Source of the DNA: Phoronis australis
Taxonomy: Eukaryota > Animalia > Phoronida
Assembly (NCBI GenBank): GCA_002633005.1
Contig: NMRA01000019.1
Span: forward strand, 708,343-772,342
Reading direction: 5' to 3'
DNA: 64,000 nucleotides
Shown here: piece after piece, positions 10,783 through 22,700 of the stretch
Layout of the letters: every line of letters begins with the position of its first letter
Position numbering within the stretch: position 1 is the stretch's first letter
Translations under genes and position numbers: made by a program
Notes under the pieces: generated by a model
The model's database searches: none
The model's input: the letters and a program-made list of their open reading frames with translations, nothing else
Told to the model about the DNA's origin: nothing

Positions 10783-13700
10783 TTAACTGGACACCTTTTC
10801 ACCACTTTTGCAAACATTCTGTAGAGGTTCCACTAAAATGTCAGTGCTAGTCACAGATGTGTCCTTCTGTTCTACGCAGATCTCTTCTTTTTGCTCCACC
10901 TGAACAAAAATGAACACAATTGCAAATACATCATTTAAAAGAAAAATTCACTTTGTGTAACCATTTGTCAGTATTTTGAAACTGGTACATTTTACAAAAT
11001 TTAAATAATTGCTCGCTCATACTTGTTTATTACTCATCAAAAATATGGCTATTCCTGCACAGTAAAGCTGTGAAAACACGTTCATTAATTTCTCCAAAAT
11101 TTTATTCGACTTCCGATATTTTAGAAACAATTACAGTTCAAGTCGGGACAATTGCCAGTTTGATGGCCGCAAAACACAGAAGTGTGTTTACAAGGTAGTC
11201 TCACACGTTTGAACAATCCAACATTAGCTCACATAAACAACTGCGTATTAATAATGCATAAAAATGGTTCCAGATTATCAGTGCAATAGGCCCACTTCAG
11301 TGGCCAGCGCACGGCTGGTACAACACGTACCGGACTGCCTGCAATTTTTTATAGACACGCACCTCTTCGTTTTGTTTCTTTGAATACAACACCTTGCGTG
11401 CCGCTATCGCCATGTCTGACATGTTGTTACTGTCCAGTTCCTTTTCATCAAACGTGTGGTAATGTAGAGTACCAAGCCATTCTATCATACTGTAGCCATG
11501 TTAAGGTAGCCATGATAAGGTAGCCATGTTAAGGTAGCCATGATAAGGTAGCCATGTTAAGGTAGCCATGTTAAGGTAGCCATGTTAAGGTAGCCATGTC
11601 TTAGAATCGGAGGCTTGTAAAACGTCTCCAATTTGTTTTATGGAGTTTGTAGTTCAACATTTTAGAAGCCCCTAAGGACAGTTAACGTCACACTATATTT
11701 TTAAGAAAACATGAGAACAGGTGGGGCCCACATTTGGGAACTGTAGTGTACAGGCAACAACACTTCACTGTTATGTAGCATCCTAGAAAAATGTTCAAAC
11801 ATGGCTAACTTTTGAACGTCATATCTCAGACACTATACATTACACATTGTTTTACGAAACACTACAGGGAATTGTTCTTAAAATGTTTTGTTTCTCCATA
11901 AGGGACTATCAAAAATAGGAATTCTTTGATAGTCATGAAAAAATCAAAGGTTACATAAAACAAAATGGCATTTTAAAAAACTAACAGTTTTTGAGATTTC
12001 ACCTTGAACTTAATACCAAAGGGCCTTTCATACTAACGTCGACGCGTTGATGGTTTGGGGAGTTGCGGTCAATATGAACGCTTAACTCCGGTCCTGGATC
12101 GCAGTTAACAGCTCCAATTAACATCGCAGTTAACAGGTGGATTTAACCCTTATCCTGCGCTAGGCAAGGTCAGCCGACATGCCAATTATCCTTTGCTATT
12201 AAAATGTGTTGGGTGTACTCAATCTACTATAATAAGTTACAGCTGGGCTGCGCTAGGAGAGTGCACTCACCCCAGGACACTAGTGATTTTCATTCAGAAA
12301 TTGTAAGAGCCCTGGAATGTTGTTTAGATAGGTGACCACCAGCATTCCATACTTCACAGTTTCCTCTACAGTTCTCCAATTTAAACTATATGGCTGTGAT
12401 TAATAGTTTGGGAGATATTGGCATGTTTATGTAAGTGTAGACACATAGTTTCATTACATGGCTGGAGCCAAACGGGAGAGGATGACAGTGGATCAGTTTG
12501 CTTTCACCAAGGCTATGATAAAGACTTACACATGGTGAAAATCTCCCATTAAATTCTGCACAAGTTTTGTTTTGACTTCCTTTCTGTTAATTTAATATTT
12601 CCCCTTCAAATTTCCAATTTAAAATTGTTAGGTCATTAGTCTGGGTGACCTCCATAACAGCTTAGTGCACAGCAGTAGTGGTGACCTACTTAGCTCAGCA
12701 CACAAGGAAAGTAGTCTGAATAGAGGCTCAGCAGGATAAGGGTTAAGACCGCAGCGTCGACGCTGCGGTGCAGTATGAACGCTTAACTCCGGTCCAATCG
12801 AAGTTATCGCCAGGTGCCACTGTTATCGTCAATAGTTACAAGGTAGTGCTGTCACAAATAGCTGCTTATATTTTGCTCTAATAATAAACAATCGATTTAA
12901 TAATAAGTTTAATCATGTCACTTAGCACATGTAAATATTTCCAAATTGAAACATTGAAAAAAATCTTAGCGTGCAACGCTACCTTGTGATAACTTTAATG
13001 ACGACAGCGGCACACAACCGCTTACTTTGATGCTCATTAACTACCGAAGCCAGTATGAACGGTCCAGTTAAACTGAGCTGTTTACGTCGACGCTCCCCTC
13101 AGACCAGAGTTAAGTCAATATGAAAGGGCCTCAAATGAAATACGGCCATGTCATCATTGTTTTGCTATAAATGCACATTTCATGTTTTTTGCTATAAATG
13201 CACATTTCATGTTTTGATAAATTTTACCAAACCACATGGGCACATGACTCGATTGTCAGACTGGTAAAAAATAAAGAATCAAATTCTACAGCCTTAAGTT
13301 TCTACTTTCAGAAAATATAAACTTTCATGGACTCGGAGATATCTGGCTAACTATACCGAATTGTCGATAAGGTCCTACATAACTTCAAATTCATTAACCA
13401 ACAATTGAGTTTGCAAATATAGTCCAAGACTACAAACATTTTAAGTCTGATCTGCACGCCACCTGTTGGCCACATCACGTGACCTTATGAACATAAGTCT
13501 GAAAAGAGTTATGCCCCCGACCGGTACTCGAATCCAGGTTCCGGTCAACTCAAATTGCTAGTGATCTATTTTCCACACCTGTTTAAGATTTGCATATATA
13601 TTCTCCAAGACTAATAAGTTTTCTCTCGACAGTTGAAAATGCATTAAATGTTCTTACTAATCTACACTGACCTCCATTCACTTGCCTGGGCTACCATCGG

Positions 13701-16700
13701 AGATTAACTACAATTAGGTTGCAAGTGTCACCAGATAATTCCAATCACCACATCATAACTTGCTTTTGAAATTCCCACCCTATCCCTAATCCTCTCGTAC
13801 TATATTCATCAACTGTGGATAACGCAGAAACAAGACGAGCCATGTAACTTTCATTAAAATGTCAATTACTTAAAATTGCTTCTTGCTTTTTCAACATTTT
13901 TTATCAAAACACAAGAATCTTAAGCAATCTGTCCCCTCCTGAACCTCGAAACATTCTTGTAAGGATACGATTTTTCGTTTTTTTCCGTCTCAATTATGGT
14001 TGGATAAATGTACTTTTCTTTGAATGCGATTATTTCATCCTGTAAATAACAGAGAAAGACGTAAAACACAATGGTGAAGAGCAAGTAGTGTAATTAATAC
14101 ATTATTTATTAAAAGGTTCACTTGTTTTGTGAATCATAAAATTAACTTGTCTGTGTTCATATTGTTTCAATTATTGTTTGTGTTCATGTCGTTTCAACTA
14201 TTGTCTGTGTTCATGTCGTTTCAATTATTGTCTGTGTTCATGTCGTTTCAATTATTATCTGTGTTCATGTCGTTTCAATTATTGTCTGTGTTCATGTCAT
14301 TTCAATTATTGTCTGTGTTCATGACGTTTCAATTATTGTTTGTGTTCATGACATTTCAATTATTGTCTGTGTTCATGCCATTTTAATTATTATCTGTGTT
14401 CATGACGTTTCAATTATTGTCTGTGTTCATGTCGTTTCAATTATTGTCTGTGTTCATGACGTTTCAATATTGTTTGTGTTCATGACATTTCAATTACTGT
14501 CTGTGTTCATGTCGTTTTAATTATTATCTGTGTTCATGACATTTCAATTATTGTCTGTGTTCATGTCGTTTCAATTAATTGCCTGCCTTCATGCTGCATC
14601 CAGTCAACCAACAAAAGTTTACATTAGACAATAGAATAGAAACAAACCTCATACTCCGTCCAGTCAATAGGCTCATGAACACCATCACTGCCAAACTTTT
14701 TGTTATATTTGTCGTAGTGCAACTACAAAATAAAAGAAAACAAACTCTATAATTTAATGCAGTAACACTCTTTACAGAATAATGTACCCTCACTTATCAT
14801 GCTGTAACAGATAGTTGAAACATGGTCATTTTAGAGCAAGTTTGTTATACGTAGCATGCACAACAAGCAAATTGGTAAAATCTATTCTACACACATGTAG
14901 TGATTACATGGGCCAATTTTGAATTTCATTTCTGAATCATTCAAATTACTAAGACATGTATGACCCCGAGACTAAGCAACAGTCACCAAAACGGAAGTCA
15001 CCTGGTTCACCAAGACTGAACAAAACGTGCCAAGTTGGAAGCAATGTGAAGTCCACGTTGGTTTTGTTTTGTTTGGTGTGCAAGGCATTGTTCACAAGAA
15101 TTCTTTCCTTAGGGACAACTTGGTTGAACGCACGACACTTTTCATTGTTCACAGTCTTTATTCCATTACGTTCGTATCTTCAGAACTAAACTCTACTCTC
15201 AACTGAACATAGATAAAGTAACTGACCTAGCGACATAAATAAAAGACACACGATATTTCGAACTTGTTTCATTCTCAAGTGAAGATGAAATGACGCAGTA
15301 ATGCCACCACAGAGCATAAGTTGATGACACACACAGTGCAACACGGTGTGAAATACTGCAAAGAATGACTAATGAAGGGGGGTAACAGGAAAGTCACGCA
15401 AACAATGTCTTCGTTCAAACGTCAAGCAATGTTACATTGGTCAAACGGTTTGCAGTCTTTCCCATCGGTTACCTATGCATCTTCAAAATGGCGCCATCCA
15501 AGATCATTTTCTGCAATGTCACGAACGTAAAATCACCAAGAAATTGTGGAAAACATGTCAATTCACTACGTAGAGCACGGTGTGCTGCCATTGAAAATAT
15601 TAGAGTCCCTTTTAATTGCTTTTGAGAAGCCTGTTTTGAATGAGCAGCAAACAGGGTCGCGCCGCACGTTACACTTGTTTGTGTTAACCGTGTTTCCTCG
15701 TGAATATGAGTCCGTGTCCTGTGTATTTGGGTGCGTGGATCGTGTTTTGTGAGTCCGTTCCCATGTTTGTGAGTCAGTGGATGGTGTTTGCAGGTCCGTG
15801 AGTCGTGTTTATGAGTCCATTGACTGTGTAGTTTAGGTACCTTGTTATCGCTTGAATTCATTGTTTCGGCAGGCAAATTTACCAACTAAAGGTCCGTAGC
15901 AGGAGTTTGGGGTCTATTCGGAGATAAATTCGAAGTATTCTTCCGTGAAATATAGACTAAAGAACCTAGATCTGAGTTGTTTAGACTTGTGTTTTTGGAG
16001 TTCTAAACACATAAAACGCTTGTTATCCCAGCCAGTGGCTTGGAACCCAATCAGGCCAGGCACAGCCGGACTGACTCGTTATCCTGGCCAGTGGCTCCGA
16101 ACCCGATCAGGCAGGCCAGTAGCGGCCGCTGGCACTGGCATGAACACAACCAGTTTGAGTTGGAAACCTCCAGTCACCAAACGACTATAATAGTGAGCCA
16201 AAGAAATAATGTGCACGTAATTATTTACGTGAACTAGCCACGAAACTGAAAATCCACTTACTTGTCAGGGGCCGCAAAGTCAGGTTCCCCTTCCACAGAC
16301 CGTCAGGGCAAAGGTTGAACATTAACAATGATTTGAATAATGTATTTGTATTTCTAAATAAAGATTCCCCTAACATGAGGCCATAGCATAAAAAATCGAG
16401 TATTTGTTTCACAACAGCTTTCTGTCAGCAAACACTGAATTAGCATGCGCTCACACGGCCTCGGTGCACGGTCAATTACCTTTATTGCCGGCATCAAAAG
16501 CCGGTAACGCAGTGGTTTATTCATTGCTGGCTTCTCAACATTTGCACTCACGAATACTGCAAAGGCATTACAAATTGAATCTAATGAGACAGATTCAGTT
16601 TTATATAAGCATTGGTTAGGATGAGAATAATTCATTTTGAAACAGAGCGCAGAATACATGGCAACTCGCCCGGCACCAAGGCCGACTTAGTCAAGAGCTC

Positions 16701-19700
16701 ATCCGAGGAAGACTTAATAGGTCGGATCGTTAGGTTTCACAGGCTATCAGTTCGAACCGGAGTACACTGATCAAGAAATACTAGAGAGGCGCCGTGAACA
16801 TGCACAGACAACGGAACGTATGGATAGTTCTTTGGTAAGCCGGAATTCATCAGAAAAATCACAGTCGACGAAATGCTGGCCATAAACACGGAGATGTTTC
16901 ACGGCCTCATACTTGCTATTAACAGCGTACCTTTCATTCTTCACTACCGCGAGCCACTTCCTAAGCCTATCGGGCTCTCGAGGAAGTCGAAACAACGATA
17001 TACCCGCATTTTTTGCAGCTTCGTAGTTTGGAAAAGCGGGAACCATGCACCTCAATATAGCGGCATTAACCCTGCAGATGAACCACCGACATCAATGCGT
17101 CGTTTCTCACCTTCCTCACAGGTTGACACCACACCTCTCGGCAAGGTGGGGTCGACCGTATAAGAGGCGATGTGGATATAGACCGAATAAGACGGTAAAA
17201 AAGACTAATAAAATCGGGTGGCATTCGCCTTTAAATTTACTAAAAAGATGTGACCACATAATCCAATCAACAGCCAATTGGTATAAATCAAAAACTAAAT
17301 TTTACAGGCTTTCTGCTTTCAGAATTACTATTAACTTTTCTTGAGTTAAAATTAGTAGTTTTGAATGCATAGACTTGTCAGTAACATCCTGCATAATACT
17401 CTTTATTTGAACTAGAAACAGAGTGTTAAATAATGAATAAAACTGAAAAAAACATAGCTACAATTATACATTCTATCTTCTCTTATATACCTTTTCATAC
17501 TCACTTTTTCCAACATTAAACCTAGTCCAGGGGCTTTGGGTACATCAAACTGAAAGAGAATACAACATTCAAGGACTTCGTGTAATCCCAAGATCATATA
17601 CGAACAAAAATTATAGAATCTAAAAATTTCACAGAACATGCCAGGTTTTGAGTATACCATTTAAAATGGAAATCAACGTGTAAAACAACAGAATTATGTA
17701 GAGGCTGCAGTCTTAAAAGCAAACTGACTTGTACTTTTTCTGTAAAATTTTCAAACAAAAAATTCATTAAAAATGTATATCCACTGAAAGAAAAGACTGT
17801 GTCTAACCTTAGGTTCAGCGAAGGCTTTCTTTATGCTCTCCTCACAAGCCATTCCCCGTACGATAGCAATCACCATTCCTATAAATACGGCGGACATTTG
17901 CAATAACAAGTGAAGCACTACTAAGGCACACATCTAGCACAACATGTTGTGAAAAGTAACCAGTCATGACAGGTCCAATTGTACAGCCTGGTCTCAAGCA
18001 ATAACAAGCTGTTGTTTCTGTCCAAGTCCAATTGTACAGCCTGGTCTCAAGCAATAACAAGCTGTTGTTTCAGTCCAAGCCCAATTGTACAGCCTGGTCT
18101 CAAGCAATAACAAGCTGTTGTTTCTGCCCAAGCCCAATTGTACAGCCTGGTCTCAAGCAATAACAAGCTGTTGTTTCTGTCCAAGCCCAATTGTACAGCC
18201 TGGTCTCTCGAGCAATAACAAATACTTCGTTCTTTCTAAGACCACAAATCACCAATAATTTGACAAAAGAACAATATGAGGTCAATTCCATAATGATAAT
18301 AGGTCTAACACAAATAAAAGTTACTTTTTGTGATGAAAGGTTGGTTTATCGTTGCTTTGAGTGTTATTGTCCATTAAACTTATGTAGGACCTTATTGATG
18401 ACTCTGCGTATTTAGACAAATATCTACAAACTATAGATTTTTAACTCTGTTAGTAAAAGTAATAGTTTCTGAAAGTACAAAGCCTTTAGAGTTTCCTTTT
18501 CGACAGAACCAATCTGCCATAAATTGAGCCACATGACCATATTTTAAAAGCAACGATAAGCAATACAAAGAATGAATTAAATGGATGACATGAAACTGAT
18601 CCATATCTGTTCACAATTGTAAACTGAATCACAGACAGAAATAAAATTAAACCACATAATATAGCAAGCATTTTTGAGTCTGGCCAGCATGCCACCTGTG
18701 GCCACATCATATGACCTACTGAATATAAGTCTGAAAAAATTTCTGCCCCGCTGGGACTCGAACCCGGAAACTTAACTGTGCAGACACTCAAGTCCACTAA
18801 GTCATTGGGACCACTGGTCAAATACATATTTATATATTAAACCATACAGTAATATCTAGACCAACAGCAAATACAGGTATTGGCGCCCAAAAACATTACA
18901 GAACAAGCACGACAATTTGCTGCTAATGAGCAATCAGAGAGAATGAAATCATTTTAGCCGTGGTCCCTCAAAAATACTAGTCACTGCATCCACGTTCACC
19001 TATCATCTTCCTGATCTGGTGGAGCATAAAGCTTTGACCTTTGACCTGTATAACAACCCATTCCAAATTGTCTCGCTCAAACGGTTCACCGCATGTCATC
19101 TCAATGATATACCGTTTGGCACTAGCATCATCTGCTTTTCTGAAAATAACGCAAATATAGGCCATTACATGGCGAGGCTGCTACTTTCCGTGTTTAGCCC
19201 CCTAGTGGGACTTGGCAGAACTACCATCTGATGGAGACTAAGAGGGAGAAATCCTCCAAATCTTATGAGGGAAATAACTGCCACTGACAAGTCGTGTAAT
19301 TTTAATTATTTATCCAAATAATGAGCAGTAAACTTCAGTTACAAACTCCCAAAAGAAAAATGAAACTGTTCAACTTTGGTTAGGCTCGATGTCCGTCATC
19401 CCTATGCGGCACATTAGATCAAACCACGCATGTGAGCATTTTCAGTAGAACATTGCAGCACAACCATCACTGTATGTGTATTGGCTTGTAATTATGTACA
19501 GATCAAGCTGGCATCGGGGAATAAAATTATTTCGTTTTTGTTTAAAAAACAAACTATAGGGTGACTACCAATATTAAAACAGAATCACAACATATCTACC
19601 AAAAGAAAAATACAATACTTTTAAATAAAGATGAAACATATTTAGAAGCACTACATTTTTTTCACAAAAACGACAAATTATATCAAATGACCTATTCTTG

Positions 19701-22700
19701 TAAAATGACTTAGGCAAAAATTGGGGTGACGGCACCCTATATTAACAGAGGACCTGAAGGCAGCCAGAGAGTGGAGACCCCTTATATTAATAATGTGGAG
19801 TGTGGACCCCGCCAGAAGGCAGCCAATATGCAGGACCCACTATATTAAATAAATTGATAGGACTTCCACCACACTGTCATAATGTGATGTTTATATCACT
19901 CTAGTTGTCACGTTGCGTGCCATTTAACAAAATTAAGAATAACTTAAATTAATAAGACCTGCTCTGTACATCAACAAATGTAATAAATAAATAGTATTAC
20001 TTACTTTCCAGATGTGAAGTTGTGAAAGTTATGCGTTCCTTTATACAGAGACAGAAGTGAGTTCACCTTGTTCACAATCTCACGGCTCACCCTGAAGGCT
20101 TCCACCACATTCTGGAAGAGTAAAACAAGTACACTCACCAAACTAGACAACCTTGTCAGGCAACCACACATCTACTGAAAAATGACTACGCGTCTGAAGT
20201 TTTGAATACATTCTGTCAAAACTATTTCAATATCACTAGATATAATTTCCTTTGAACAGATTGTAAATTGACCTTTCGTCACAAAAAGAACTTTTGATTT
20301 AGAAAGCTTAGCATTATGAAATTGGTCTCACATTCTTTCTTTTGCCAAAATAAAATGTGATATCTGAGCTTGAAAAGAACGGACAGGTTGTTATTGCTTG
20401 ACACCAGACTCTACAAGTTAACAAGTCACGGAATGTCATTTTATTCAATAACCAAAAACCACATCTCAATTGTGTCAGGAAAAAGTTCAGACCATTTTTA
20501 TAGTACTAAGTGGTTACATCACAAGTTAGTTTTTTGGACTGAATGCGGGTTCATAGCCTCTTTAAATTTTTAATTTATTTTAATTTATTTTTAATTTCAA
20601 GTGTAATCTATTTTATTTTTATTGCTTCAGAAAATTGATCAAAATAAAACCTACGCACAGAAATTTTGAGTACGTCACACGTCAAAAACAAACCAAACCA
20701 ATTTCAAAAAGAATTTAAAGTCGTTTGTTAATTTTGTTTTTAATAAAAACATGTTCAACACATTTACCAACAGTACCTCGTTCAGGGACTGAGCAGTAAT
20801 TTATCATGAACCTACATAACACACTGGAGCTGGCAAGGAAAAAGCAACGTTACTGAAATATGAACAACTAACTTCGCTGGACATTAACCCACAAACCAAA
20901 ACATGGGAACTATTCACTTAAACCCAATATCCAATTAAACATATTCATGAAAATGCCATACAAAAATTTTGATGTAAGCATTTTGTACAACAATTTCAGC
21001 CTCAGGTCTTGAGTATCCACTTGAAAGCAGTTCAACCCTTCCATAACAGACCATTCACTGTTGACAAGTCATTAATCTGTCTTAAGGGCTACCTCATTGT
21101 AACAGAACATATCATACTCACTAGACCTTTACAAAATGAATAGATTATTCAATCACCATAAAGAAGGTTCCCTATTGGCTGGGTAGGTGTTAGGGTTGAA
21201 AACACTGGGACAGCCTGACCCACAGATGACAGCATAGTTGGATGAATACTCACATGAACTGGATGTGACAGGTATTGTCTGGGTTTTCAGCTATTTCAGA
21301 TGTACGTGAAAGTAAAGGCCTTTGCTTTGGAGAATCAGCAGGACAATTGGTGTTTTTTTAAAGTTAAGGAGATAGTGAATCTTTCAGTGAGTACACTGTG
21401 CTAAGTGGGACACTGTTCTCATACCTTTCAATAACATTAAAAGGCTATTCTAACCAATCTGAACATACACGGGTTTATGGCTACTAATCAAGAGTCTGTA
21501 AAGACATGATCATTTACTAACTAAAGGTGGTCAATACAGAATCATTTAACAATAAGTAGAACAGTTTTTGGTTTAACTACAAAGTTCACAGATCACAAAT
21601 ACAATGGAGTGGTGCATGAGGCATTGAGATCTACTCAACCTGTGCTAAAAATTTTTACTGTACTAAAGTATGTCTTCAGTGTAGATCATTTGAATGCTAA
21701 TGTTATAGGGCATACAACCAAGAAGATGTGAAGCGGAAATGAGACGATCAGAGCAGAAATCAGAGCAATGAGGAAATGAGGAACTGACATACGTGACAAG
21801 ACGCCAGGTAAATAAATTTTAAAAGATACCATAAGCTAGCTAGAACATTTAGTTTTAACTAATCAACTAAAATAGAATAAGAGTGTACTGTTTTAAATAA
21901 AAATAGATATTAAAAGACAAGATGTCTCACATCATGAGACAAATGGAATGCAACAGAAAAGACTACAAAACACAAATAAAGTAACTTTTCATGTCGTGCT
22001 ATTCGGCAAATGGTCTGGACTGAATACTCCCCAGTTCCATCGGGAGTTCTCAACAGCAACAACTCAAACATAGAACCAATGATTTGGATATTGTTGCAAT
22101 CAAACTTATATGTTTTTAGACACAAACACCTCAAGGTAAAAGATGCACGAGAGAAAAGAAAGATGATATTTATCATACTACAGAAAACTTGATCCGAGAA
22201 ATAACGACCAATAAGTGACAGTAACCTTTTCTTGGACCATACATCAGATTGACAATTTTGGTTTTTCAGAACCATGACTGCCCTACTCCCTTACCTGGTG
22301 GTGTTGGCTGGAGTATTCTACAGCTTCAAGAACACTGCAACAGCTTTGGATTGTTTACTGCTTAATGGCACCATTACATCTCAGCAACGTGACACAATAC
22401 TGGCCCAATACTGGACACCACAGATACAGAGTATTGCCATTGAGGGGTGCCAACCACCCATCAAGAATATTGAAAATCACGCTTTCACTTCATTAACAGA
22501 CATCAGAGTGTCAAGCTTAAGCATAAGGAACAACTCTGTGGAAAGTCTAGGCAAGGAAACCTTTGATGGTCTGATTAACATTACTAGATTGGATTTAAGT
22601 TTGAACGCCATAAGTTACATCGAAGGAGGAACCTTCAGACATCTTCCGAGACTTAAACATTTGTTCCTGCAACAAAACCTTCTCACAACTACATCATATG

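Larger units (their letters stand above)
11490..13968 (-). other. U12-type (minor spliceosome) GT-AG intron of PUS1
   Basis: The 5' splice site is GTATCCTTAC (13968 downward). The branch motif CCTTAAC lies about 10 nt upstream of the acceptor (ccttaacatggctacag), with no polypyrimidine tract. The phase-2 join gives NEKS|MIEWL. Confidence 0.88.

Noticed and set aside
17975-18222. Regular repeats resembling a CRISPR array (also 14148-14576, 62691-62939, 2441-2656)
   Set aside because: Head-to-tail units with no unique spacers, no cas genes and a eukaryotic intron context: minisatellites.
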